Positions 12,540 through 26,200 of a DNA stretch of 64,000 nt are shown here, in pieces. The stretch is from Isurus oxyrinchus. Taxonomy: Eukaryota. How positions within the stretch are numbered: the first letter of the stretch is position 1; each line of letters starts with the position of its first letter. The translations under genes were made by a program, and so were the position numbers. The stretch spans positions 1,178,001-1,242,000 of the forward strand of contig JANJGN010000114.1 in NCBI GenBank assembly GCA_026770705.1, in the 5' to 3' direction. A model generated the notes under the pieces. The model ran no database searches and was not told the origin of the DNA. It worked only from the letters and a program-made list of their open reading frames with translations.

Positions 12540-13040
12540 AGCCAGAAGTGGGAATGATGTGGCAGACAGCTACACCATTTTTATAAAGGCATTTGGGTGA
12601 TGTTGCATCACTTGCTAGGCCACTATACCCTGCCCATTGCCAATTGCCCTGATATTTATTGTGGGAGCCAACTTCCTGTGGTGTAGATACATTCTCTGTG
12701 CGGTTCGGTGGGATTTGCAGGAATTTTGTGCATCGGCAGTCAAAGAACGACAATATACTTCCAAGTCCGTACGGTGTGTGAGACTTGGATGGGAAATTGC
12801 AGGTAGCATCGCTTCCATGTGCCTGCTGCCCTTGTCCTTCTATGTTGGAGAGCTCGTGTGTGTGGAAGTTTTGCACAATAATCTTATGCAGTATTTGCAG
12901 TGTATCTTTGAAATGGTACACACTGCTACCATTGTCAAAGGGAGAGGGAATGATTTACTTAAGGCCGTAGATGGCGGGTGGTGCAGCAGTCAAGCGGGCG
13001 GCTTTGTACTGGATGTTCTTGAGTGTCTTGAGTGTTATAG
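12540..13040 (-). mobile_element. Ancient L2/CR1-like LINE 3' fragment
   Basis: Reverse complement resembles the 3' ends of the sense copies at about 16100-16380 and 22250-22600 (gggcaa..gggcaat..tggcc tail). Confidence 0.55.
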
Positions 13041-14180
13041 GAATTCAGAAGGATGTAGAATATGCTCGAAAAGAGTGTGGCGTGAGGAGGAATTAGATTC
13101 CTGTGTGCATAACTCCAGCATCCATGGTGTCCCGAGAGTGTCTGGGGAAGGATGGCTTGATGTCAACTGTTGGTGTCTCGCTACAGGTGAAGACAGGACA
13201 AAATTCCAAACAGCTGATGATTCGGTTCCACCAGCTGGAAGATTGGCAACAAACATCAAGTGCGATTACGTCTCCACCAGCCTTTCAGAGAAGGAAGAAT
13301 TTTTGCCCTGAGGGTACATAGCACAGCAAGTTCACAGGGACAGAACACAGAGTGCTAGAGCTGAGGGTTTATTTAATCAATCCGGCCCATGACCCTTTCA
13401 CAGACAGGAAACATGAGCACTGTTTCTCTAACAGTCTATGTTATGTCATTATTTGAACATTTTTTCTCAATTTTGTGCTGTATTTGTTATAATGGTGGCC
13501 CTCTGCATGTGGTCATGCCTGATACAATCGCCAACCTCATGGAACTAAAATAAGAGCTGCTGGGGGATAGTGCACGGTGAATTGTTTCTCCTGAGTCAGT
13601 TAGATCTGAGCTCCACTGATGGATAACTGAGCAGTTATTTTACAAAAGTGAAGTATTGGAGACATCTTGAATTCTGAATGTTTTCCTCCCTCCAGACTCG
13701 ATAACCCGACAGTTAGATGTTGTGCTGTCAAGCAACATCGTGCTGTTTTGAGCTGCTATGAGAATGCAGCTCTCTGTGTCCCACGTATGTGGCAGTCTAG
13801 AGAGAAAGTACACTAAATGGATGTAAAACAGATATTTCATTTATTTCCTTGTTCCAACCCTTCATTTGTAAGGCATTTGGAAAGAAATAACTATTACAAA
13901 ATGGAGCTGAAAATAACTTTTAATGATAGTCATCGGTTCTTCAATTCTCTTGATGGGTTGTATTGTCGTTACAGCGGAGTGTGCTACAGTTTAATTATAT
14001 ACATGAAAATGCTCGAAAAAATCCTTTGTCCTACAATTCTGATTAGGCAGTATTTATACTTTTTAAGATAATTTATAGATTTAAGAAACGAATCTAGATG
14101 TCTCCACACAAGGTAACGTTTGCTTTTTTTTCTCAAAACATGTTTATGTCGGAAAGTTAAGCATCTTCCAGATGGATATA

Positions 14181-14271
14181 TTTATTGAAAACTTAAGGTC
14201 GTTCCCTCAGATATCACACAGTTAGTCACATGCGTGGGACGTCGGATCCTCGATTTGTCGATGTATTTTAC
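14181..14271 (-). CDS. Tentative terminal exon (G)[15 protein letters not shown] (stop 14222-14224) with AATAAA at 14181-14186
   Basis: Strong acceptor ttttaacccatctttcag|, phase-1 open frame to TAA, polyA signal about 35 nt downstream; no homology support. Confidence 0.4.
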
Positions 14272-17200
14272 CTGAAAGATGGGTTAAAATAATATTGCTT
14301 TAGAGAGAGGGTTGCAACTATTTCCACCATCATCTAAATGAAAGCGATGCATTCATTTTATTCTTCGGACTATTTCCAAATCAAATAGTTTTTTTTTGTT
14401 GTTTGTTGAATTGAAAATAAAAAACAGCAAATTATCATTGATAATTTCAGCATCATTAAAAGCATCGGAACAACTCCATGTAATGATATGGTAAAGACCA
14501 GAGAGGGCTTCATAGTCCCTAACTATGCGGAACAAGCTTGTAGCCAGTAATAAAGCATTACTTTCCCAGTTTAATGTATATGTTGTAAAGTTTGAGCAAT
14601 ACCCTCACTGCTTTCTGGGGACAGATTGGGCGGGTTGTGAATGTTTCACAGAGGACATTGTCATACATATCAGGAATGGGAGGAACCGAAAAGGCATAAT
14701 CAAAAATAACCTGAGTGTTATGCACTTAGGATAAATATATTATTGGTTAATAATGGGCTGAGTGCGGGTCCATTTCCGGTGTCTGGTGTGTTTGTGTGTG
14801 TGTTTGTGCACAAGTGAGTGAGCATGTTTGTGGGTGTGGGACAGCACCATGAAGAAGTTAGAATTTATTTATTTATGAATGAAAGAGAAATGATGTTTAT
14901 ATTTGCCCGGGCTGCGTTGTGCTGCTGGGAGGCAACAGACGACGTCCTGCAAAGCCTGATGTTTCATGTTGAGCACTGGAAGTATTCCTGCTAGGGGTCT
15001 GAACAAATGAGAAAATCACAGCAAACAGCATTAATTTTATCAATGACTAAAGCCAACCCGATCCCAATCAGTCTACTCTCCATCATCAGTAAAATCAGAA
15101 GCGACTCTTGCTTAGCAGTCTCCTGTTCAGTGTCGATCAGTATGGGTTCATTATCATTTTCGGCCTTGGCTCAAACATGGACAACAAACCTGAACTGCCA
15201 CGGTGAGGGGTCAGTGAGTGCCTTTGACATCAGGGCGTTATGTGACCGCAGCGTGGCTTCAAGTAGCCCGAGTGAAACTGGAGTCTTTGGGATCCAAGGG
15301 AATGAAAAAAAATACTTGCCGTTGCTTGGAGTAATATATACCACACAGGAAAATGGCTGTGGCTTTTGGAGGCCATGGATCTCAGTTATAGGGCACCACT
15401 GCAGGAGTTCGTCGGATTAGTGCCCTCGGCCCAGTCATCTTCAGTTGCTTCATGAATGACCTTCCTTTCATCAGAAGTTGAGAATAGGGAATGTTCGCTG
15501 TTGATTGCACCATGATCATCACCGTTCACAACAGCTCAGGTTCTGAAATTGTCCTTGACTAAATGCAGCACAATTTTGAAAATATCCCGTCTTGTGCTGA
15601 CATGTGACAAGTAACATTCACTCCACTAAGGTGCCAGACAATTACCATCTCCCATAAGGGAGAATCTAACCTTGACATTTAATGGCATTGTCATCTCTGA
15701 ATCCCCCGCTATCAAAATCTTGGGGCTTACAATTGACCATCAAGTGAACTGGAATAGCCAGTAAACACTTTGACTACAAGAGCATGTCAGATTCTCGGAA
15801 CCCTGAGGTGAGCAGCTCAACTCCTGACTCCACAGAACCTGTACATAATCGACAAGGCACAAGTCAGGAGCCTAATGGAAAACTCTTCACTTGAGTGGAC
15901 GATTGCACGACTAACAACACCCAAGAAGCTCATCAACATACGGAACTAGGAACTCTGCTTGATTGCTATCCCTTCCACAAACATTCACTCCCATCACATC
16001 GAAGAACAATAGCATCAATGTGCACCATCTGTAGGAGGTACTGCAGAATCTCACTAACTCCCCTGTGGCAGCACCATCTGAGCGCTGGACCAAGGCCATT
16101 TAGTAGGACACGGGAATAGCATACATGAGATCACCGACATTTGGAATGTCCCTCCAAGCCTCAAGCCTTTCTGACTTGGAAATTTATTGCCTTTAATTCA
16201 GTGTCACTGGCTCAGAATGCTGGAAACCTGTGTTCAACAGCTTTGCACGGGTACTTACAATAGAGGGGCTACAAAGCTACAAGAATGCAGCTCACCACCA
16301 CCTTTGCAAAGACAATTGTGTTCGGGCAATAAAGTCTGGCCAAGCCAGTGTCGCCCATGTCCAACAAATTCAGGAAATAAGTGGTATCAGCTCAAGAGGA
16401 GCATACTCCTAAAAAAGCTTTGTTCAATCGCCAATATGAATGAATTTTAAAAGAGATCCAGTTCAATCCGCAAATGTGAGCAGGTGATGGAAGGAATAAT
16501 CACAAGTAATCATCTACTCTGAAGTCAGTGGTGGGAGGTGCAGGAGGCAGATTTCTCCCAGAAGGAGGAGGAAAAACAATTCAGGGATGTTTCCAACGCA
16601 TCCCTGAAGACACTCAGCTAACCCCGCGACTTATCTGAGAACGCGGTTGGCCGCAATCCAGCAAACACAAACGTGCATAAACTAAGTCGAGATGATGGAT
16701 GGAGCGCACAACAGTTCGGACAACCTGTCTACCCAACCATTCAAGCAGCGCATGTGCCGTTAGTGAGAGACTCCGCAGTTCATCCAATGGACTATCAATC
16801 ATTTCAGAACCGATATTAGCAGAGAATAAGAAAGTCACCAACAATACAGAGAGACAGTCTGAGAAGATAAATAAATCTCTGTCTCACCCAGAGTTAAAAT
16901 ATCACCGCCGGCATTTTCCCGTGTGACGAAATCATCATGAACACGGTCCAGCAGCAAGTGATCGCCCTTAGAATCATTGTCTGTAGTCTCAGCATCGTCG
17001 TAATCACGGAAAGCTGGGAGGAACAAACGACGTTCATTGAGATTAATTGCTAACAATGAAGAGTTGGAATAACATTGAGACTTGTCAACAAAACATTCCG
17101 AGGAGAGAACAGTGGTTCTGTTGCACTAACAGGGGAGGGCGTTTAATGTGTGGATAATTTTTGGAACATTTCGCGTCACAGTATTATTATTTTATGTTTT

Positions 17201-20200
17201 GATGTCACGTGTCTCACTGACCCAATGATCTCGACAGCCTGCATGCGCATTTCACATTTTGCAGGTTACTGGGCCTTGTGATGAAACTAATAATATGATA
17301 TGTACTCTAAGTTAAAGCATTTCACTCCTTTGTATTATTGAGTACAATCACATGATTTTGATATGATATTGTATCAGCCTGAAAGTATTTCAGAAGCGCT
17401 TTTATCTAAAGTCACTGTAGTAGCTGATATCATCGTCCGTGCAACTTAATGGTGTTTTTGTTCTTTTTAATACTTCACATTCGATTGTTGATATTACTGA
17501 GTGCGAAGGATGAAAACGAGACGGTCGGAAGTAAAACTTTACCCACCCTGAATACTGGATGAGTTCTCGTCAGGAGTTTGCGATCCAAGACTTTTGAAAT
17601 CCAAAATGTGGCTGGTGTAATATTCGATATCATTGAGCGAAACAATGGAAGCAGAAACTGTTAAAGAAAGGGGACAAAATAATTTGGTTCTTGCAGCAAT
17701 TGTTTATATCATTATAGTCTCCACACGGTAAAGAAGTGTTCAGACCATTGGAGTAGAGGTTACAATAAATAATCCCCTGCCCAAAACTCCCCTTCCCTTT
17801 CATTTTCAGAGACGTTAATTCCGCACCATTTGACGGAGGAGAAAGGAACTCATGGGCAATGGAACCAAAATGAGACCAAGAATTTTATGCTCCTTATTTT
17901 CAGAATTTTTGGATTCCTTTTGCTCATAACACGGTTTTCGTTCTTGTAAAGTGCTGCGAGCCTCATCATCTACTGTTCTATATTTTATAATAATATGCGG
18001 ATCAGAACCCTAAATTATACTCCAAATTCCCTCAAACTAATGTTCGATCGAGGTTCAACAGAGTAATATTGTTATTCACGGACAAATATCCAGAAATAAC
18101 TTAGTGTTTGTTTTGGTTTTTTACAACCTGATCATTCTGGATCGATTTTCTTTCTTTATTCGTTTCCCTGAACTCCTGCATTCAACGATTTTAGTATTTA
18201 ATTCCGATTCATTGTTACAGATCGAAAATTAATTCTTACTTTTTATACTAGATTGAAATTCCCCATAATTATTATGTAGAGATTCATTTGCAATCGTATG
18301 TTCTTTGTCGGAAATTTATTAATGTCTGTTTTTAAAATGCTTTCACTTCCCCGAGCCACCACAATTTGGTCACTAGATAAATGTAGAAAAATATATCGTT
18401 TTTACCCAAAATCTAAATCATTCAGATTAATTTATAACATCAGTAATCGCAGCAGTGATGCGTTTTAAATACCCATTCCCACTTTCCTCCCACTACATAA
18501 CTACCTTGTATAACACACTCTGTTTCTTGTCTTGCAGGCAGCAGGCTACTCATTTCCATAGGTGTCACTTGACTCCATGTAAATGTAATGAATAAGAGCA
18601 AACAGTGCTTTTCCTGATCACCATATGTCCAAAGCTGTTTGCAGCTAATGGACACTTGTGACGTATCGTCACTATTGAAATATGGGACAGGTGGCAGACA
18701 ATTTGTAAACAAAAATTCTTTCCACGGGCAACCACAGCAATGTACTAATTAGCAGATAATCTGACTTTGTGATTTTGTTCAAGATATACATATTTGTCAG
18801 TATACCAAGGGCATGTCTAAATTCTCCAGGAGAAGATATTTTGGTCACCACTTAAACAATGACTCTGAAAGAGAACACTGCCAATAGCGCATCAGCTGCT
18901 CATTTCTGCACCACAGTGTCTCCTTGATATTTCTGAGCAAGTACTGGAGTGGAACTGGATGCCAGAAGATATTGAATGAGAAGCAAATTTGACACCCACT
19001 GGGCAATAGCTGAGATGTAAGCACTTGCATTATCCATCGGTATGTTAAGGGCACAGTTCCAAAAATTATTTTTCAAATCCACAGAATGTATGTCCTCACT
19101 GCTAACCTTATCTATGCTGTTACCTTTTTGAACATTTTGCTGACGTTCCTAAAGTGACAGTTCCCATTATCGAGTGTTTGCTGGCTGCTATTTTAGTCGT
19201 TTGATGCTAATTTGTACCCTTTTCCTCCTTTGTATCAATTGAATAAGTTTTTCTCCAACCAACGTTCAGGCAACGGATCTTTTGTCCTGGACATTTTTCT
19301 TCTCCATATTTAATTGCACATTTAATTTTAGTTACCTGCCAGGATCGTGGCACTACCACTGCTTGAAATGAATTGTTTGACCACTGTAAATGTGCCTCTG
19401 CTATCTTATTTTCTTTCCGTAATTAATGGATGCAAACTGTTATGACCAATGATGTTTTTTGGTAAGATTTTTTTTTTTTACTTTCTTTTTAAATGAATTG
19501 TTGTCACTTCTAATCTAATTTTCCAAAGTCATGCCCTCTTACCCCTGGTGAATACTAAAATAACGTTGTTAATTAATATTTCATGAATGCCGCTCTTATT
19601 CTTTCAGTTCCTTTTTGGAACACTGTCATGCCATATTGACCTACCCTTACTTTGTACCGTTAAATATTCTACTAATTTGCTAGACAATCCACGATCATTT
19701 CATTGACTAGTCATTATTATCACCATAACTACATTTTTCATCTTTCTTCACGTTCTCCCTTATCCTGCATGCCACCACAATTCTTCCCATCATTGTTATT
19801 CTTCCCTAACTTATCGTTATTTCTTTTTTTGCCATGTGCTCTTGTTCCCAATGGTTTGGCCCAGTGTTTAGCATATTCTTATTAGTTATTGAAAAATGTT
19901 CTCGTGAATTCTGTTGAAAGTAGTTTGAATGTGTTTTTCTTTCCATTATAGATATTCATAATGTTGGATAAATGATACCCGAATATGATTCTCAGCCCCT
20001 GAGATCAGCGGCCCTGTAGGCTATCATAGTTGATGAGAGTGGATTGCATTTTCTGTTTTATAATCCTCTCTTTGCATAATTTTGTCAGTCGGATACCTAA
20101 TGAATGCAGTGAGCAGTCCCTTGGGAAGTTGGAAACACTGATCTGATCGCTATTTTCCACCAAACGGCAAAGCACCCTTTAGGTAACACAGAATTTTGGG

Positions 20201-23200
20201 AAATTTGAGAAGCTCATTACTCTTCTCACATAACAAAAGTAAGCGGAGATAGGAAACTTTCACATGAGTAAAGTGATTGGAATGCCTGTTGGACCCATTC
20301 ATTGCCCGGACTTTTAACGGGGGTAAACGGAAATGGAGTTCCCCAGTGCGTATTGGCTTTGCAATGGAAGTTACAAACCTGAGCCACGGGTCAGAGCTGG
20401 ATCCTTGACAGGTGGTATATTTTCAATTTCTTCATAAATTGCTTGGTACAAATCAATTGGTGAAGCCCAACTGCCAGTGGCAAAACCTGATGGAGACAAT
20501 GTGGAGGGATTAACATTTTGTTGCATTTTACTTTGCTGAATATTAAAATGTTTTCAAATAATATCACAAAACAGATGGTGAATGTGAATGCAAAAAGTCA
20601 GTGAGCTGGCTTTGAATGATCTTTTGTTAAGTACGTTTTATTTTACAAGAGAGTGCGTCTCCAAATGTGTGTGTGAGAGAGATAAAATGAGAGACAGAGA
20701 GAGAGACGTTATGTACATGGGGCTGTGTCTGTGTGGGCGTGTGCATGTGTGGGTAACCGCATGGAAGCATGTTCAACTCCATCAGACTAGGGGAAATTTA
20801 ATTAAGGTCGGAAAAGACGAAACAAGGCGTTTCCGGGAGGAATCAATTTCAGCTGAAAACTCTGTCTTGAGACCCAAGGAGATTTTAGCTGAAGAGAAGC
20901 AGGGGAAAAATGATTGATTCTGCTGAGAGCATCAGGTTGGAAAGACGAGTGAGGAGCTGACCTTTCTTTTAGGTATTGCATCAACATTAAAATTAATTTG
21001 CTTTGCGCATCGAACAGGAGTGTGATGGTTGTTCAGATCAGAGTAGTTACTTATGTCAGTGTACACAATATTCAAAAATTGGTGCTGAAAATCCCATCGA
21101 AGTCTCACATCTCAAAATTGTGGATCGATTCTGGCTATGGAGAATGAGAATGGGCATCAGGGCACGGAAACTCAAGGAGTGGACGGACACTGGATTGACT
21201 TCGAATGACGGAAACATCATGACTGGTCACTAAGTCTAAAATGCTTCAAATAACCTTCAGATCTATGGCTGCAACAATTGATTGACCTTCAGACGCAGTA
21301 GCGGTGGAATCATTAGGACTGCGAATGTGGACAGTCAAGTGATTCTTCAATTTAAATGACACATTTCACTGTTTGACCAAGTACTTTGAACGAATATTCT
21401 CGTTAAATTGCTTAACATAAGTTTCCAACATGACAAGTGACATTCAATGGAAAAGGGCAATAAAGTGAATTCTCGCCAGTGTATGAGGCATGAAGGCCAC
21501 TGAAATAAAAAACACTGGAGCCAATAGGATTCAGGGGGAAATTCTTCACTGCTTGAAGTCAGAGTGAGCATAGAACAAGGGAATTGTGGTTGTTGGATGT
21601 CAATCATCTCTTAGTAGTTGGACATTAATGCAGGAGCTCCTCAGCATAGCGTGCTAGGACCAAAGTTCTTCACGTGTTTCATCAATGACCATGTCTTCAT
21701 CTGAAGGTCATGAGTGAGGATTTCCACTGATGATGGCACAATGTTTATTACCGGTCCCAAATCCTCAGCTACTGCAGCAGGCCATGCCCACAAGCTGTCA
21801 GACATGGACCATATCCAGGCCTGGCATTCATAGTGGAGAGTAAAATTCGTGCCTCACTAGTGCCAGGAAATGACGATCTACAACAAGGTGCAATCCAACT
21901 GTCAGCCTTTGACATTCAGTGGCATTGCCATCACTGATTCCCCCACTAACAACATCCCAGGCATTTCCATTGACCAGAAACTGAACTGGGCTTGTGATAT
22001 GAATGATGTGGTGACAAAAGCAGTTAAGTGACAAGAAACCCTTCTGAGGAACCCAACACCAGACTAGGCAAATCCTTTCCATCGTCTGCAAGGGACAATC
22101 AGGAGTATTCCTGAATATTATCCACTTGCCTTTTTGAGAGCAGCTACAACAAAATTCTAGAGGTTTGCCGCCATCCAGAATAAAACTTTCTGCTTTTTTG
22201 GCACCATATCCACAACCAGTCACTCCATTCATCATCCGCTTACAGTGGCAGCAGTGTGTACTGTTTACAAGATGCACTTGAAGAATCCAGTAAGGCTACT
22301 TAGGTAGGACCTTCCAAAACCACATAAACAACCAAGGAGAATGACAAGCGAAGCAGAGATATGGGAAAACCACTTACTGGAAGTCACCCTCCAAGCCTGT
22401 CACTATTTTTATTTAGATATTTGTCGCCGTTCTGACACAGTCGCTGGGTCAAATCCTTAAAAACCCTCCATAAAAGTACGGTGGTGTACCTATGCAACAT
22501 GGACTGCAACGGTTCAAGACGTCATCTCATCACCACTTTCTCAAGGGCAATTTTGGATGGCCAATGAATGCAGGACTGCCAGAGAGTCTCAAATATCATT
22601 CATGAATTGAAATAAAAAATTAAAATATCCGAGATTTAATGTGAAGTGAGTGGTAATGTTTGTCCTCACCTTTCCTTGATGATTGCCTCCGCATTACCAC
22701 AATTAGTAGGATGAACTCACAGATCAACAGGATACCGATTGTTATACCAATCACAAGAGGGATGGAAGTGATATTGTCTTCATGTCCTTAATGAAATGTT
22801 AAAGAAAGATTCAACTAGGACACAGGATGCTTTGTATTGTTAAACGGTCCAACATTCTGAAACACTAAGATTAACCTCAGAATTTCTTTATAAAAACAAG
22901 CAAATGCCAATTATATCAGATCATTCTGAACATTAGCCTTGACAGGAATACTCATTATTCATAAGACCAACCTGCGGGTTTGGATGGAAAAGCAGCCGAT
23001 GACAACTCTGGACCTATGGGTTATTATACAAAAAATATAGAACTTTAACTTAGAAAGTCATCTCTTTTTCATCATTTACGAATTCATGAGACGTATTCAG
23101 CAAACAATCACCAACCGCCAATCTCCGGGCCCCTACTCGCACCATTCTGCACTACCCTTACCGGAACAAATCACACTGGCGTCCTCCTTGTGATCACAGT

Positions 23201-26200
23201 CAGGTTGAGCAGACGCTAAGGAAGGACAATCAGAGAGAAAGGATTCGCTTCCGGTACACCTCACCTCATCAAACCACATGTCACCTTCACCCTGTCCAAA
23301 AGTGGCCCCTGCTGTGGCCAATAGAGCAGAGCCACAATGCAGCTGTCTGCAGACAACATTGGCATCGGCCATATCCCAAGAGTCATCACACACTGTGCTC
23401 CAGTTGTTTTTGCACATTATCTCCACTCGCCCAGAGCAGTTGGTGTTACCTCCAATCAGGCGCAAACCTACATCTGAATCTGTCAAAGATAATCAATCAC
23501 TATTATTTCTGCACAAAAATACAGGTAGACAACTTCGATAATTGATCTATTAAAGTGGAGCAATCACCTGATTCTCCTCCACAATCCTTTTCACTTTTGG
23601 GCTGGCCCTTCGTTATCTTTCTTCCTGTTGAGGAAAGAAACGTGCTGACTCATTTGGACATCAATGAATGAAATAACCATCGCACATTGGAAGGTTTGTT
23701 TTATTACCTGAACATGAAACGCCTGCATCCTCTTTGTGATTACAGTTATGTTGTCCCCACGGGTCAGTCCGACACTGCCAGATGGTCGACTCATGTGAAA
23801 TACATTCTATTTCATCGAGCCAAATAGGTCCGGATCCTTCTCCGAATGACTGAGTGGTATAGTCTATAGAAACCAGGGGGCCACACTGTAACTGTTTACA
23901 GATCACCTCAGCATCATGGGGATCCAGTGCTTCCGAACACACTGTTCCCCAGATCCCATTGTAGAACACTTCCGCCCGCCCCTCACAGCGATGATTTCCA
24001 TTCACCAGCCGCAGCTCTTTGTGTTCTATCAACGAAAGAAGAAATCTCCAGATATTTTCAGTGATAAATGGAATCATGTCAACAGTGCCCCCTCCACCCA
24101 AGTTGTGCCAGAGGTGTTCACTGAATAGAGATAATTATTCCAGAAATGTAACAGTGATACATGTACAATCCAATTATATAATCAATGATAATCAACACAG
24201 ATTTCAAAAGAGCAAACTATAGATCTTCCAATTCATTGAATTACTTGAGGAAGTTTCAGAAAGATTATGTGGAGATAATAATGTCCATGTAATCCACGTG
24301 GATTTTGAAAACAATAACTTTCAAAAAGTTTTCAAACAGCTGCATTAAGGCTGAGAACAGGGAAATGAAATTGCCGGCACAGTATTAAAAGAAGAGCCAA
24401 CAAGCGACAACGCAGGATTTCATATATAATAGCAGAAGTTGGGGCGTGCGTACACATGGATTATTGCTGGGGCTCACATCTGTTTCAGATTAACATATTA
24501 CATTTGGTATTTGGAATTGAAGTAAATGTTCAAAATGCACTACTGTTTGCAGTTAATACCAAGACAGGTTCCATTAACTGCAGGAAGACGGTCGGAGACA
24601 GCAGGATAGGCTTGTCAATGCTGAAATTATTTCAATGCTGATTAGAATAAAGTCGTGATTTTTTCGGACAAAGAAACACAAGAGCCAAACAAATTGGGAT
24701 TTAGGAGCTTTTCTGTTTCGCTTTCTATTACCCAGATAGAAGCAGAATGTGGAACATGGAACATGTACATTTAGTGGGGGCGAATTATGGTGATGCCTTG
24801 AATGTGATGTTTGATAAAGGCACGAGGGGAAAATACAGAGTGCAATACAGCTCAGACCACATGAAATGATCTAGGATTATGAGCAGAATAAGCAGCAGTC
24901 AGACGCATTGAGCAGAATGACCAGTTGATGTACAGTTTCTGGGCCATTCAGTAAAATTCCATCTGTCTGAATCTTCTCGTATGAAAGAAATAGGTGCATT
25001 TACGTCACCCTTACCTGAGCACATGACCTTCACATCTTCTTTATGAGAACAGTCGTGGGCACCCCAATGTTCAGAAGGACATTGCCAGAGATTGATTCCT
25101 CCCCTGAACACTCCAAGCCTTCCAACCAAACTGGACCTGAGCCTGCTCCGCAAGAGGCAGGAAGTGTCACGTCCAAAGCCTTTCCGCAATGCAGCTGTTT
25201 GCAAACGACGTCAGCGTCTGTCAGATCCCAGGAATCATCACAAACTGAGCCCCAGGTCCCGTTGTAGTAAATCTCCACTCGGCCTGCACATGGGCTTCCA
25301 CCGTCTGACAGCCTTAACTGTTTGTGTTCTGATCCAAAGAAGACAATCTTTATTACAAGGATTCGATTACGCATTTATGTCATAACACAAATTGAAACTA
25401 TTGGATATTATCCAGCAAAAGTAATAAAACAAATCACTTGACTATGACAGGTAACTGTTTCTATAGTTGAGACCATGTATCTCTAATTACTTGGAAATTT
25501 ATAATGTGGAGTGCACAAAGATTTCAAATATTCCTACACCTGATTCCATCGATATTTTGGCTTGCAGTTCACGTATTGTGTGCTCAGTGCTGTGTGCCCT
25601 GTTTCAACCTCAACTGAACTTTTTTGTATTCATCGTTCCACCTAAACTACTTATGAACATCAATTGTACACAGCTTTTTCTCTCCCCTGCACGTATCTCG
25701 AAAACTTATTTCAGTTGATTTCTGATTATCTCGCTTTTTTATTTTGATTATATTGAAAAAAAATGCTGCAATTCCTCAGGGGATCTGGCAGCTTCAGTGG
25801 AAACAAGAAACCAAGTGACTTTTAAGAATGACATTTCATAGAAGCTCAGTCTTCTGCTGCTGAAAGACCTGTAAGTGCATCGTTTTTTCATGGATTGAAT
25901 AATGCAGAAATCCCATGAGTGGCCTGTCGCTCTGACGGGTATGTGAACGGCAATTCTATGAAAAAGTTGTTAAATTAACACACAATTTCGCACCAAGCTG
26001 TAAGGCCCCTCCCAACACCACACCGCCCCGCCACTCACAACTCCCCCCGCCCCGCACTAACAGAAGTGCTGTCAGAATTTCCTGTTTGAGAGAAAACTTT
26101 GAATTCCGTCGTTAATAAATGCGCAGCAAAAATGCATGTCCTGCTTGTTGATCAGTTCTATCCGTGCCCACTCTCCTCACGTTAGCCCTCCAATGCTAAG

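Noticed and set aside
12637-13311. 224-aa Cys/Val-rich ORF
   Set aside because: Overlaps the antisense of an ancient LINE tail; no recognisable domain.
14353-14522. Possible extra tail exon [14 protein letters not shown] after a ccgcatag acceptor
   Set aside because: Phase-compatible with two YxxL/I motifs, but there is no clear donor and it runs into low-complexity T-rich sequence. It cannot be chosen over 14222-14271 without RNA data.
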